Positions 9,767-19,382 of a DNA stretch of 64,000 bases are shown one piece after another. The stretch's first letter is position 1, and every line of letters begins with the position of its first letter. Under the pieces are notes generated by a model. The model was not told the origin of the DNA. It searched no databases and saw only the letters and a program-made list of their open reading frames with translations. The position numbers and the translations under genes were made by a program. Source of the stretch: Patescibacteria group bacterium (GTDB lineage: Bacteria > Patescibacteriota > UBA1384 > CAILIB01); the NCBI GenBank assembly GCA_041917855.1, contig JAYRWT010000044.1, positions 21,563-85,562 on the forward strand, read 5' to 3'.

Positions 9767-10495
9767 CTACAAGCTCCGCTCTAGCTTAGAGATTGGGTCG
9801 TACCAACCATGCTCTAGGGCAAAGGTCTGGATCTTTTTGTCGTAGCCAAATAGTATTGCAAGTCCAATCAAAATAAAGAGCAACCCAATGCCTCTGCGGA
9901 CTATGCCCTGGGGGTTAGCTAGCGAGCGTAGCCGGCTGCTAATCTTTTTACCGAGCAGCGCAATAGCAAGTAGCGCTATGCCTAGGCCTAGAGCATAGGC
10001 AGTCAGGTGTACAAACCCCTCTGCGAATGATCGGGGCAAGATAATGGCCACTATTAAAGCATAAGTCGGGCTGCAGCTATTGAATACAGGTCCAAGTGCT
10101 GCGCCAATTAAGAAATTTCCGAGTACTCCTTGTTTTTTAGCACTTTGGTTGAGTAGTGCATCTGACTGTTTTTGTAAGCCTGCCCTTATACTAATTGCGT
10201 CCCAAAGCTGAGGAAGCACTAGGGTCATGCCAAATAATACAAGGATAGATGCAGAGATTGCTTGCCAGAATAAATCAGGGATATTTAGTAGGGCCGTAGA
10301 TGCCTTGAGCAGCAAGGTGAACACAATCACCGAAGCAATTAGGCCGGCAATAATTTGATAGGGAGCAGCTTTAGAGCTTGCCTGTTGCTCCGTACGCACA
10401 ATACTGCCACCTAAAATAACCGGCAGTAGCGGCAGTACACAGGGAGCGGCCACGGTAAGGAAGCCAGCGAAAAAAGAACCAAGCAGCTCAATCAT
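9767..10495 (-). CDS. ccdA: CcdA/DsbD-like thiol-disulfide transporter
   Basis: AAPCVLPLLP and NSCSP cysteine motifs; about 6 TM helices. Confidence 0.8.
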   Translation of the reverse strand: MIELLGSFFAGFLTVAAPCVLPLLPVILGGSIVRTEQQASSKAAPYQIIAGLIASVIVFTLLLKASTALLNIPDLFWQAISASILVLFGMTLVLPQLWDAISIRAGLQKQSDALLNQSAKKQGVLGNFLIGAALGPVFNSCSPTYALIVAIILPRSFAEGFVHLTAYALGLGIALLAIALLGKKISSRLRSLANPQGIVRRGIGLLFILIGLAILFGYDKKIQTFALEHGWYDPISKLERSL

Positions 10496-10996
10496 TTACA
10501 GAATATTCTTGATCAGTGCTGTTAGGCTTGGGTCACTCGAAGCGACAAAACTTGCCTCAAGCTTGCCATCGTCACCAACGCGAACCAAGGTGGTTTGTAC
10601 CTTTACGCCATAGGTTTTGCGCAGCGCTTGGTTAGAATCATAGTCAACTTTAATAATCGTTACACCCTGAGGAATTTTACCTGATCGAATACTCGCGTCG
10701 AGTGCGCGGCAGTCTGGACACCACGAGGCATGAAAGAAAAGAATCTTCTTGCCAGACGTTTTCTCAATAATGCCCGGCTCATAGGTAGTATAGGTTCCTG
10801 TGCTCGCAGTGTTGGCTTGCGCCGAAGCAGTGACACTAGCGACCGAAGCACTTGCTGTAGGAGTAGGAGTGCTCTCAGCTACTTGATTGCTATTCATAGT
10901 GCTCTGGCGCATATAGGCATATACGCCACCTGCAACAAGTACCAACGCACCAACCAGGATAAAAACCATCTGAGGAGTTTGGGATTTTTGCTTCAT
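10496..10996 (-). CDS. Membrane-anchored thioredoxin
   Basis: FHASWCPDC active site; N-terminal TM helix; abuts ccdA. Confidence 0.85.
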   Translation of the reverse strand: MKQKSQTPQMVFILVGALVLVAGGVYAYMRQSTMNSNQVAESTPTPTASASVASVTASAQANTASTGTYTTYEPGIIEKTSGKKILFFHASWCPDCRALDASIRSGKIPQGVTIIKVDYDSNQALRKTYGVKVQTTLVRVGDDGKLEASFVASSDPSLTALIKNIL

Positions 10997-11074
10997 GGGG
11001 ATGTGTAATGGATTAGTCGGTACTTTTGTATGCGCCTACTATAGTTCATCAGATAGTCTGTGTACACTAAATCT

Positions 11075-12052
11075 ATGATGCAGGTGACAAATAAAAACTT
11101 TTGGGATCCAAGTGGCATCGGTTTTAACGAGGCTGTTTGGGTAGAAGCTTATGCAGGCTTTGCGGAAACATACGCAAAATCAACAAATTTAATCCAGCTG
11201 CGCCGTAAGAGAAGAATCCTACTAACTATTGGTTGGGTGGGTATGATGGTTATGCCTGCGTTGGTTGGCTACGCCACGTATGCCCTAAAGCTATCACTAG
11301 ATGGTAATATTTTGTTTTTATTGTGTATTAGCTGGATGCCGTACTTGGCCATGTACGGTAATCTGAAAAAGATGCAGCACGATATCGCCAAGCTGCAAAT
11401 AGCAAAGGAAAAAGGATGGACCTACTGGCCAAGTGAAGACCGTGATCGCTATGGTCGATTATCTACCCTGTACCCTGCGGTATTTAATGTTGGCACTAGC
11501 TCCCAATACTTTTCAGATGAGTTTTGGGGAGAGCAGCCGGGGAAACATTTGACTACACCTTTTTGGGTTGCCGACTTTACCTACACCGTGGGTAGCGGTA
11601 AAAACGAAACAGTGATTCACGAAACTGCATTTGCGGTGCACTTAGCGCGTCCTGTGCAAACAGAATTAACAATCCTACCGGAAAACTTTGCTACGCGCGT
11701 GGCTAATGTTTTCACCCGTTCAGATATACAACTTGAATCTGCCGAGTTTAACCAAAAATTTCACCTAAGCTATGCGGCGGACAATGACGTACAAAAGAAA
11801 CAAAAAATATTTCAAGTTCTTAATCCGCCGGCGATGGCAACACTGTTAGATATTAACGATCACATTGGAAGGTTCAGGCTTACATTTAAGGATGATGTAA
11901 TTGCTGGCAGCTTCAGTAATCAAATTTTTAGACCAAAGTATTCAAACTTTTTTAAGAGCACGGCGGTTGACCCGCGTGACTTGCAAAACCTGAATGATTT
12001 TTTAACAAAGATCACCACGCTTGCTACTCAGCTCTCCTTTGATTTGGATTAA
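11075..12052 (+). CDS. Hypothetical membrane protein (DUF3137-like)
   Basis: Two TM helices followed by a soluble domain with a DIQLESAEFNQKF motif. Confidence 0.55.
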   Translation: MMQVTNKNFWDPSGIGFNEAVWVEAYAGFAETYAKSTNLIQLRRKRRILLTIGWVGMMVMPALVGYATYALKLSLDGNILFLLCISWMPYLAMYGNLKKMQHDIAKLQIAKEKGWTYWPSEDRDRYGRLSTLYPAVFNVGTSSQYFSDEFWGEQPGKHLTTPFWVADFTYTVGSGKNETVIHETAFAVHLARPVQTELTILPENFATRVANVFTRSDIQLESAEFNQKFHLSYAADNDVQKKQKIFQVLNPPAMATLLDINDHIGRFRLTFKDDVIAGSFSNQIFRPKYSNFFKSTAVDPRDLQNLNDFLTKITTLATQLSFDLD

Positions 12053-12153
12053 GTATGGAGTGGCTGTGATGCCTTCCAAGTCCTCTTAAGAGTACGCACC
12101 TACGTGAGTCACTTTTGATACGGCGTGTATTTTTTCATGTGTATACTGAGTGT

Positions 12154-12681
12154 GTGAATCCAGAGGAAGTCTATCGTCTGCATGTTAAGTCAGTGCACCG
12201 CTACTTTTACTATAAGGGCGTCACTATTAATGATGTAGAGGATCTTGTGCAAGAGTCTTTCTTTAGATTTTTTCAGGCCTATCCCGATCAACGCTCAGAA
12301 GTAGATACTCGCAAGATCCTCTATGTAATTTCACGGAATGTCTGGCGCGAGTGGGTGCGTAATCAGCTAAAACACCGGGTTTACGAATTAGATGAGCTAA
12401 AAGCCATCCCTGAAACGGCAGAAGATTTCTCAGAAGAAGATCCAGCAGAATACGATGGCCAGCGCGCTGTGTTGTTGGCTGTCATTGAGAAGCTAAACCC
12501 AACAGTTAAAGCAGTTTTAACCATGCGATTTATTGATGGAAAAACTAGGAAAGAGATAGCAGCACACCTAGGGATTGCTGAAAAAGATGTGCATACCTAT
12601 CAAAAACGCGGTATTAAATCCTTACACAAACTAGTTGCAAAAGATAAGTCGCTGGGAGAAGTTGTACCCCCTGCTGCATAA
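12154..12681 (+). CDS. ECF-type RNA polymerase sigma factor
   Basis: VEDLVQESFFRFF region 2 and region-4 HTH (KTRKEIAAHLGI); GTG start 6 nt after TATACT. Confidence 0.85.
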   Translation: MNPEEVYRLHVKSVHRYFYYKGVTINDVEDLVQESFFRFFQAYPDQRSEVDTRKILYVISRNVWREWVRNQLKHRVYELDELKAIPETAEDFSEEDPAEYDGQRAVLLAVIEKLNPTVKAVLTMRFIDGKTRKEIAAHLGIAEKDVHTYQKRGIKSLHKLVAKDKSLGEVVPPAA

Positions 12682-12686
12682 ACTAA

Positions 12687-14222
12687 GTGGAGATGCATAT
12701 GTTTTCCAAACTATTTACCAACCTACGCCATGCTCTCTACCGTTCGCGCAAGCCTCTCTCTCCGGAGGAGCAGCAGGCAAGTGAAGACAGGGTGTGGCAA
12801 GGCCTCGCTACGAGGTTAAACAACCAATCAATGACTCAGAATGTCACTACGGCCAAGTCAGGTCGCAACAGCCTTTCATTTTTGCTGCCCGCGCTAGCCT
12901 TTGTGCTCGTGCTTGGGGTGGTCGCAACTATGGTGTATCGCCCTCAGCAAAACAAGGAGAAAAATCAGGTAGCAAGCAACGACGTAACAAGTGTCAAAGT
13001 AAACCCGGATATTGTTAACGATGTAGGTGTTGTCGCTCGTAAGCAAGGAGCTACGTCAAATGGAGTGGTTGGCTACGTACCTAAGCCAAAAAAAGCTGCC
13101 CAAGCCAGTCTTTTTGCTAGCACCGCATACGCTGCAGAAGACGAGTACACACCAGTTTTGTTCTACACCAAGAGCAATGCAGGCACACAGTCCCAATTAT
13201 TCTCTTATGATATTACATCAGGTACAGAGAAAGCTCTTACCTCTGCTGACGATTACGCTACAACACCTGTATTTAGTTCAAAAGGTCAGAAGCTGGCATA
13301 CAATATTTTGACGGGTCCAAACTCTAGTATGTTCCGCCCATGTCAGATTGCTATTCAGGACCACACCACAGGTAAGGTGATCGCCACTATCCAAAAGGAT
13401 GATACCCGCTGCCTTATTCCCGTTAGCTGGTCTGCAGACGGTAATTACTTAGTCATTACTGATGACTTTAAGGGTCGTCCACTAGATATCAGTGAGGACT
13501 CGATTATCCCTAAGACCGACACTCATGTACGTGTGTATAACGTGGCTACAAACGTACTTAGCGATTACGTTGAGCCAACAAATCAAGGTGATTGCTTTTC
13601 ATCTGGCGGGTGGAAGGATGATGTAAACTTTTATATCCATTGCTCTACATACGGTGTAAAAGTAGGTAGCGAAAAGCGAAGCGTGTTTAGCATCAACGTC
13701 GACACAAAAGTCGCAACAGAATTTACAGCGCCAACTCAATCGTTCTATGGATTTCAGCGTGTGGGTAATGACGACTTTTACATGGCAAGTATTCCACCAA
13801 AGAATCCTAAGCCAAATAGTAGTTACAGTCCGTATCGTATTGTGCGGCGCTCAGCCACAGACACGGAGCCATTTGTCTACCCGTTTAGTCAAATGACCTC
13901 CAACTTCATGGTGAGTAAAACAAGTAATGGTTCGGCAGGATATGTTGTCGCTGGTCAAACCACCGCAGATTGGTTCGCAGATGAAGATCCTGATGCCAAA
14001 ACCAGTCCGAGTTGGTTGGCCAAGGGTGGTGTGGTCATGTTTGATGTTAAAACAGGTAAGCCGACTCACTTTAATACCGCAAAAGGTTATGTTGAGTTAG
14101 TTGGTTGGTATGGTGATTATACTCACATTATTTACGTGAATAGTGAAGATAGCGGTGCACGTCAGTATCGTCTGCTCAACCTGCAGGATGGCAAGGATAG
14201 CCTAATCAAGAGTGTTGAGTAA
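12687..14222 (+). CDS. Single-pass membrane protein with an extracellular TolB-like beta-propeller (putative anti-sigma factor)
   Basis: Directly follows the ECF sigma; short cytoplasmic N-terminus, TM helix, PVFSSKG and SWSADG propeller motifs. Confidence 0.55.
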   Translation: MEMHMFSKLFTNLRHALYRSRKPLSPEEQQASEDRVWQGLATRLNNQSMTQNVTTAKSGRNSLSFLLPALAFVLVLGVVATMVYRPQQNKEKNQVASNDVTSVKVNPDIVNDVGVVARKQGATSNGVVGYVPKPKKAAQASLFASTAYAAEDEYTPVLFYTKSNAGTQSQLFSYDITSGTEKALTSADDYATTPVFSSKGQKLAYNILTGPNSSMFRPCQIAIQDHTTGKVIATIQKDDTRCLIPVSWSADGNYLVITDDFKGRPLDISEDSIIPKTDTHVRVYNVATNVLSDYVEPTNQGDCFSSGGWKDDVNFYIHCSTYGVKVGSEKRSVFSINVDTKVATEFTAPTQSFYGFQRVGNDDFYMASIPPKNPKPNSSYSPYRIVRRSATDTEPFVYPFSQMTSNFMVSKTSNGSAGYVVAGQTTADWFADEDPDAKTSPSWLAKGGVVMFDVKTGKPTHFNTAKGYVELVGWYGDYTHIIYVNSEDSGARQYRLLNLQDGKDSLIKSVE

Positions 14223-14315
14223 GTAGTGCGGCCGCTAGCGGCATAGGGCAGTAGGCTAGTAGAGTAAGGGGGAGACACCCCTTACTCTACTGTGTGTGGC
14301 TACACGTCACTACTT
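14221..14315. repeat. Nested palindromic intergenic element
   Basis: AAGTAGTG/CACTACTT closes GCCGCTAGCGGC and a perfect 14-bp stem, AGTAGAGTAAGGGG/CCCCTTACTCTACT. Confidence 0.55.
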
Positions 14316-14361
14316 CCTTTGTAGAACTATGTATACTAAACGTACATAAGTAACCTATGCC

Positions 14362-15126
14362 ATGCAAAGCCAAAAAACCTTTAGCACCCTTAACCGATAC
14401 AATCTTGTAGCGGCGCTCCTGCACGCTGTGCAGGGTATTGCCGTGATTATTCTTAGTCGAGATTTTTCTCTGCCGATAAGTACTAGTTTCTTAAAGTTTG
14501 ATACAGCTAGCCAGACCTTACTTCCGTCTAGCGATACTGTGTTTAACCTTTCGCTGCCAGCACTACTAGCAGGTTTCTTCTTTCTCTCCGCTCTCTTTCA
14601 CCTAATTATTGCTACGTTCTACCGCAAAACCTATGAGACTAACCTAGAGGTTGGCCTCAATAAGGCGCGTTGGCATGAGTACTCTATTTCGGCCAGCGTA
14701 ATGATGGTGGCTATCTCACTCTTGGTAGGTATTTACGATCTTGGTAGCTTGCTCATGATTTTTGGACTCACTTGGGGAATGAACCTTATGGGCTTAGTCA
14801 TGGAAGTGCACAACCAAACAACCAAGACAACCAGCTGGCTGTCTTACTGGGTTGGCTGTGTGCTCGGGGCTATCCCATGGTTGGTGGTGGCACTCTACCT
14901 GTGGTCAGGCTACGCGAATGGCAGTGCTGCTCCAACCTTTGTATACTGGATTTTTGTTTCAATCTTTGTGTTCTTCAACTGTTTTGCCATCAACATGTGG
15001 CTGCAGTACAAGCAAATTGGTCCCTGGAAGAATTACCTGTACGGCGAGCGTGCGTACATGATCTTAAGTCTGGTTGCAAAAACACTACTAGCCTGGCAGG
15101 TATTTGGCGGAACACTCCGTCCTTAG
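14362..15126 (+). CDS. Heliorhodopsin
   Basis: LHAVQG, SALFH, RWHEYSIS, GERAYMILSLVAK (retinal-binding Lys) and terminal LAWQVFGGTLRP. Confidence 0.93.
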   Translation: MQSQKTFSTLNRYNLVAALLHAVQGIAVIILSRDFSLPISTSFLKFDTASQTLLPSSDTVFNLSLPALLAGFFFLSALFHLIIATFYRKTYETNLEVGLNKARWHEYSISASVMMVAISLLVGIYDLGSLLMIFGLTWGMNLMGLVMEVHNQTTKTTSWLSYWVGCVLGAIPWLVVALYLWSGYANGSAAPTFVYWIFVSIFVFFNCFAINMWLQYKQIGPWKNYLYGERAYMILSLVAKTLLAWQVFGGTLRP

Positions 15127-15146
15127 CAGCTTGCTTACGCCTATAT

Positions 15147-15177
15147 AAAAAGAGGTCGCTTCATCGCGACCTCTTTT
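15147..15177. terminator. Bidirectional terminator
   Basis: AAAAGAGGTCGC..GCGACCTCTTTT between convergent genes. Confidence 0.75.
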
Positions 15178-15188
15178 GCTGTAACCGA

Positions 15189-16100
15189 TTACTGGCAGTA
15201 GTCACTTGTTTTACCTTCGGTACCTGATCCTGGTAGTGCTTTTGCTGTAGTAGCGTCAGGCTCTGGCAGCGCATTCAACCAGCAGGTTCCGTAGTAGCTG
15301 AGCTCGGTAAATTGCCCCACTTTTTTCTGGAAGGTCGTTGAGCGTGAGGCTTGGTTGGCTTGGCGTAAATCGTATACACCAAAGTCAAAGCTGACGTTGC
15401 TGGTAGCACGGAACCCAACTTCTGTAGCTATAGCTGTTCCTTTACTAAAGCTTAAACCACTGGGAAATGGTGTGGTTTGCGACGCATCCTTCTTGGCGGC
15501 TGGTAAGTGCGCATCTACAAGTTTCTGCAGCTCTGGCGTAAGGGTAAGCAGGTGGTCGTAGCGGAGTAGATAGCCGCAAGGGTGAACAAAGTCGAGCATG
15601 GTTTGTACCTCTCCAGCTTCAATGTAGCGCGAGCCTCGCAGAAGTGAGCTATCAAGTGCTAGTGTCACCCCTACAGCGTTGCGTGTACCTGTTTGACTCT
15701 GCCCATCAAAGCGAAAACCGCCGTGAGGTTTGTAGTTACCGCCCCGCGTTTGACCGGGGTATAGAATGGCCGTGGCAAGCTGTATGTTTGTGGGTGTGGC
15801 AAGCCCAAGTGGGGTTGGGCAACTTGGTGCCGATCCTAAAGCCTTCCAGCCCTCACCGCTATACGACCAGGATACTGCCGTACTAGGCTCTGTGGCCTTG
15901 GGACTACTTGCCGCTGTGGCCTTTGTACTGCTCGCCGGCGTTTTGCTGGTTTCGGTGCCGGACTTGTCGGTGGCGGTGTCTGCAGTGTTTTCGGTGCGCG
16001 GGCGCATTGCAGCCGTGGCTCCTAAAATTACGCCAATGATAACTACAGTAGATAATCCAATAATAAGGATTCGACTTGGGTGAGGGGTAGGGTTGGGCAT
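15189..16100 (-). CDS. Membrane-anchored M23-like fold protein, degenerate active site
   Basis: TM helix and S/T linker; YKPHGGFRFD, LRYDHL and FDFGVYD. Confidence 0.5.
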   Translation of the reverse strand: MPNPTPHPSRILIIGLSTVVIIGVILGATAAMRPRTENTADTATDKSGTETSKTPASSTKATAASSPKATEPSTAVSWSYSGEGWKALGSAPSCPTPLGLATPTNIQLATAILYPGQTRGGNYKPHGGFRFDGQSQTGTRNAVGVTLALDSSLLRGSRYIEAGEVQTMLDFVHPCGYLLRYDHLLTLTPELQKLVDAHLPAAKKDASQTTPFPSGLSFSKGTAIATEVGFRATSNVSFDFGVYDLRQANQASRSTTFQKKVGQFTELSYYGTCWLNALPEPDATTAKALPGSGTEGKTSDYCQ

Positions 16101-16178
16101 ATGAGTGCTGCAGGGTTATATGTGTGCCTACAGTATACAGGGCTTTCTTCTGATAACACTAGCCATACCCCCAGACAT

Positions 16179-16211
16179 AAAAAAGAGAGGTCGCGATTAC
16201 GCGACCTCTTT
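16179..16211 (-). terminator. Intrinsic terminator nearly identical to the one at 15147-15177
   Basis: AGAGGTCGCG-ATTA-CGCGACCTCT with an A-run on the + strand. Confidence 0.7.
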
Positions 16212-16233
16212 CAGTTTTTGCTTGCTACCTGAT

Positions 16234-17010
16234 CTAGGCAATTGATTCACGCACCACAGATACAATGCGCTCAATTGTGTCGTTGACCAAGTAGCAGGTT
16301 GCAATGCTGCCATCATAGGTTGCGCCAAACTCGTTTACCTGGCGCATGCCAAGGGTAGAGTCGTAGGCTGCTAAGCTTTCCTGTTCACCACTGTCCTCCA
16401 TGCGTTTTTGTAGACGCTCAAGCAATGTGTCGAACACAGGATCAGGTGGTAGCAAGTAGATGAGGGCAGCTCCTGTGGTTTCTTGATCTAGGCCAGCAAC
16501 AAGCTGGGCAACTACCTCAGCCGATTCCTCTACAAGACAGAGAGGGCTCTGCAGAGCTGCTTCTAGATGGGCTCTCTGAAAGCCATACCAGCCGCGCCCC
16601 TCGCGGAACTTTTTGGTTACAAGTTCTCCGTTTGCCTCTAGCTGTTTGTAGACTTCTTCAGTTACAAAGTGGTAGTCCACGCCGTCTGTCTCGTTTTCAC
16701 GAGGTTTGCGGGTTGTGGTGTTCAAGAGACGAGTCGCGCCGGTTTCGTTCAAGACTGCCTGAATAAAGGTTCCCTTGCCAACAGCGCCAGGGCCGTTGAT
16801 GGCCAGTACGCGCCGGGGTTTAGCCAGTGCGTCCGTAAGGTTGGATCGCGTTGCCGCCTCTAGGGTTGCAACAACCGATTCGTTCGGGACAGTATCCTGC
16901 CCCTGCCAGTAGTTGAGTGCGCTGCTGAGTGCATCCCGCCACCCTTGGCGCATGGTCGCGGTGAACTGCTGTAACTCACGCTGTTGAGTGGGGGAAGGTG
17001 TTTCTGCCAT
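16234..17010 (-). CDS. Guanylate kinase-like protein 1
   Basis: GPGAVGKGT P-loop, TTTRKPRENETDGVDYHFV and WYG. Confidence 0.8.
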   Translation of the reverse strand: MAETPSPTQQRELQQFTATMRQGWRDALSSALNYWQGQDTVPNESVVATLEAATRSNLTDALAKPRRVLAINGPGAVGKGTFIQAVLNETGATRLLNTTTRKPRENETDGVDYHFVTEEVYKQLEANGELVTKKFREGRGWYGFQRAHLEAALQSPLCLVEESAEVVAQLVAGLDQETTGAALIYLLPPDPVFDTLLERLQKRMEDSGEQESLAAYDSTLGMRQVNEFGATYDGSIATCYLVNDTIERIVSVVRESIA

Positions 17011-17207
17011 GGGGTTAGTTTTAGCAAAAATATGCAATTTTGACAATGAATATGATAGAGCCAGCTGCTAGCTGAGGCTCGTGTGTACACATTTATTTCA
17101 CACTACTAAGAGCGCGCTGCATAGACAAAAACCAAGATTTCCCGTATACATATAAAGCTAAATTCTTACGGCAACTTCTGCGCGAGAGTTAGCTCTGGAG
17201 AAAGATA

Positions 17208-17828
17208 TTGACACAACGAGGTATTGGAATCGTCCTCATGGGCCCCCCGGGCTCAGGCAAGGGCACACTTGGTGAGCGACTGCTCGCCACCGACTGGGGA
17301 AGAACGAAACTTAAACGAGTAGTCTCCCACACTGACCGACCAAGGCGAGAAAGTGATCACGAAGGGCAATACGAGTTCATCACTAAAGAAGAGATGGATG
17401 CAGTCTTTGCCGAGAGTGGCTGGGCAACACACGGTGAAATGAATGGTATTCGCTATGTGTACCGGCGCAGCAGCATCTTGAGTATTGTGGAAGCGGGCGA
17501 GGTGCCCCTACTCGATATTCGCACGCAGACACTAGCACGGCTAGTGACGAACGTGCCTGAGCTTGATTTTGCTGCTATGCTGGTTCACCCTGGCAATGTG
17601 CAAGACCTGCTTAACAGGATCATCGGCCGCGATGGCGACTCGCCATCAAGTCGGGACCGTGCCGCTCTTGCGGTAGATGAGTATGCCTGTGCTCGTACAC
17701 TGCTGCGGCAGCGCCCAGGCCTCTACACTACCATCTATAACCGAGATGGCGAGCAAGAAGCAGCCTTTGGCGCCATGCTTACTTTCTTGGGCAAGTATGT
17801 GCCTGAACTCATTGCGGTTCCGGCGTAA
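17208..17828 (+). CDS. Guanylate kinase-like protein 2
   Basis: GPPGSGKGT P-loop, SHTDRPRRES..YEFI and RIIGR; GGAGA site before a TTG start. Confidence 0.78.
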   Translation: MTQRGIGIVLMGPPGSGKGTLGERLLATDWGRTKLKRVVSHTDRPRRESDHEGQYEFITKEEMDAVFAESGWATHGEMNGIRYVYRRSSILSIVEAGEVPLLDIRTQTLARLVTNVPELDFAAMLVHPGNVQDLLNRIIGRDGDSPSSRDRAALAVDEYACARTLLRQRPGLYTTIYNRDGEQEAAFGAMLTFLGKYVPELIAVPA

Positions 17829-17851
17829 TCGATCGTTTGGTCATTCTGATT

Positions 17852-17880
17852 GGGGCGCGCGTAGGCGTGCCCCGTTTTTT
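17852..17880 (+). terminator. Intrinsic terminator
   Basis: GGGGCGCGC-GTAG-GCGTGCCCC followed by a T-run. Confidence 0.75.
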
Positions 17881-17968
17881 ATTTCCTTTAGTCAGCGTAG
17901 CGCCAATCGTAGTTTGTAGTTGGTCAGAACTCCATCGTATACTAGTGGTATCACACTTAACATGTACT

Positions 17969-19381
17969 ATGGGCACACATAAGGTATCTCCTGTTCTTTG
18001 GATTGGTTTGATCGTAGTTTTGCTTGGTGGGGGTGTGGCGGTATATAGCCAGCGTAATACAAAAGAAGAGCAGGGCAAGAATCAAGCTGTTGATAAAAAA
18101 GAAGATCAGGGTAAAACTACAGGTGCGCTCACACCTGCAAAATCGAATGGGTACACAGGCTTAGCTGGTGACGTTATTAGCAGTAGCGCGTTCGAGTGTC
18201 AGCCGCGTAGCGAGCACGAGTGGTATCGTACCGATCGTACTTTTGCAGTAGATCCTAAGAATCCACAGGTGATGTACACCAGTGTGGAGTATAAGGGTGT
18301 GTACAAATCTGTCGATGGCGGTACAACCTGGAAGTCTGCCAGCAAGGGGATTCGCGCCTACAGTCGCCAGGATGACAAAACAAAGCCCTGCTATAGCGAG
18401 TATCCGGTGATCAAGATTAACCCCAAGGACAGCAATCACATCGTGATCGCTATCAGTAGTGGCGGCGGTGGCCATCTACACCCAACTAACATGAACCAGC
18501 AAGTGGGCGGTGTCTACCAGAGCTTTAACGCAGGTGAAAGTTGGGAACTGATGATTGATAACACCATGAACACCTATGTTACTGACGTGGTATTTGACGC
18601 CGATGGCGCGGTATACTACGGCACAGCTTCTAACCCAGGATCGTGGACCGAGGCTGACCAGAACCAGCTCTTCGTCAGCAAGGGGCTTATCTATAAAACC
18701 AGCGACAAGGGGAACACCTGGACTGAGCTGCCAACCGGCATTGGCAGCCGAACCTCGGCGACTAAGGTGTTCGTCAACCCGGCAAATACCCAGCAGATTA
18801 TGGCTCCGACCTACTCGGCAGTGCGACAATCGGCTGATGGCACGGGGACGGGTATCAGCACGGGTAAAGATACAAACGTAGCTCAGCTGGGAATTTTAAG
18901 CTCAAGTGATGCTGGTAAAACCTGGAAGCGCATTGCGCTGCCTGGAAACGTGCCGGTGCTGAGTGCCGCAGTTTCGTCAGCCAAGTTTGCTAACCAGATC
19001 TACATTAGTGCAACAACCGACGAGTCCTTTGTTACCTTTGACGCAGGCGCTACTTTTACCAAAACCAAGTACCTGAACACCGTCGCCTACGACCCATTCG
19101 ACGCGACTGGCAAGCACCTGCTAGCCTACAGTATGCAGTCCATGAACGGGCCAGGGCTAAATTTACACGAGAGCCTTGACGGTGGGCTTACCTGGAAAGC
19201 AAAAGGCTCGCTGCCACGCGAGATTACTGACCTGAACGATAAAAAGACCCGCGTCAGCAACCTATTCTGGCACCCAACCGACAAGAACACTATCTATATG
19301 AATGGTGCTTCCGGGTACCTATGGGTCAGTACCGACCTAGGTACAACCTGGAAGCGTCTACTTACCTATACTGACTTATAA
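17969..19381 (+). CDS. Membrane-anchored BNR/Asp-box (VPS10-like) beta-propeller protein
   Basis: Repeated S-x-D-x-G-x-T-W motifs (SVDGGTTW, TSDKGNTW, SSDAGKTW, SLDGGLTW, STDLGTTW). Confidence 0.8.
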   Translation: MGTHKVSPVLWIGLIVVLLGGGVAVYSQRNTKEEQGKNQAVDKKEDQGKTTGALTPAKSNGYTGLAGDVISSSAFECQPRSEHEWYRTDRTFAVDPKNPQVMYTSVEYKGVYKSVDGGTTWKSASKGIRAYSRQDDKTKPCYSEYPVIKINPKDSNHIVIAISSGGGGHLHPTNMNQQVGGVYQSFNAGESWELMIDNTMNTYVTDVVFDADGAVYYGTASNPGSWTEADQNQLFVSKGLIYKTSDKGNTWTELPTGIGSRTSATKVFVNPANTQQIMAPTYSAVRQSADGTGTGISTGKDTNVAQLGILSSSDAGKTWKRIALPGNVPVLSAAVSSAKFANQIYISATTDESFVTFDAGATFTKTKYLNTVAYDPFDATGKHLLAYSMQSMNGPGLNLHESLDGGLTWKAKGSLPREITDLNDKKTRVSNLFWHPTDKNTIYMNGASGYLWVSTDLGTTWKRLLTYTDL

Positions 19382-19382
19382 T

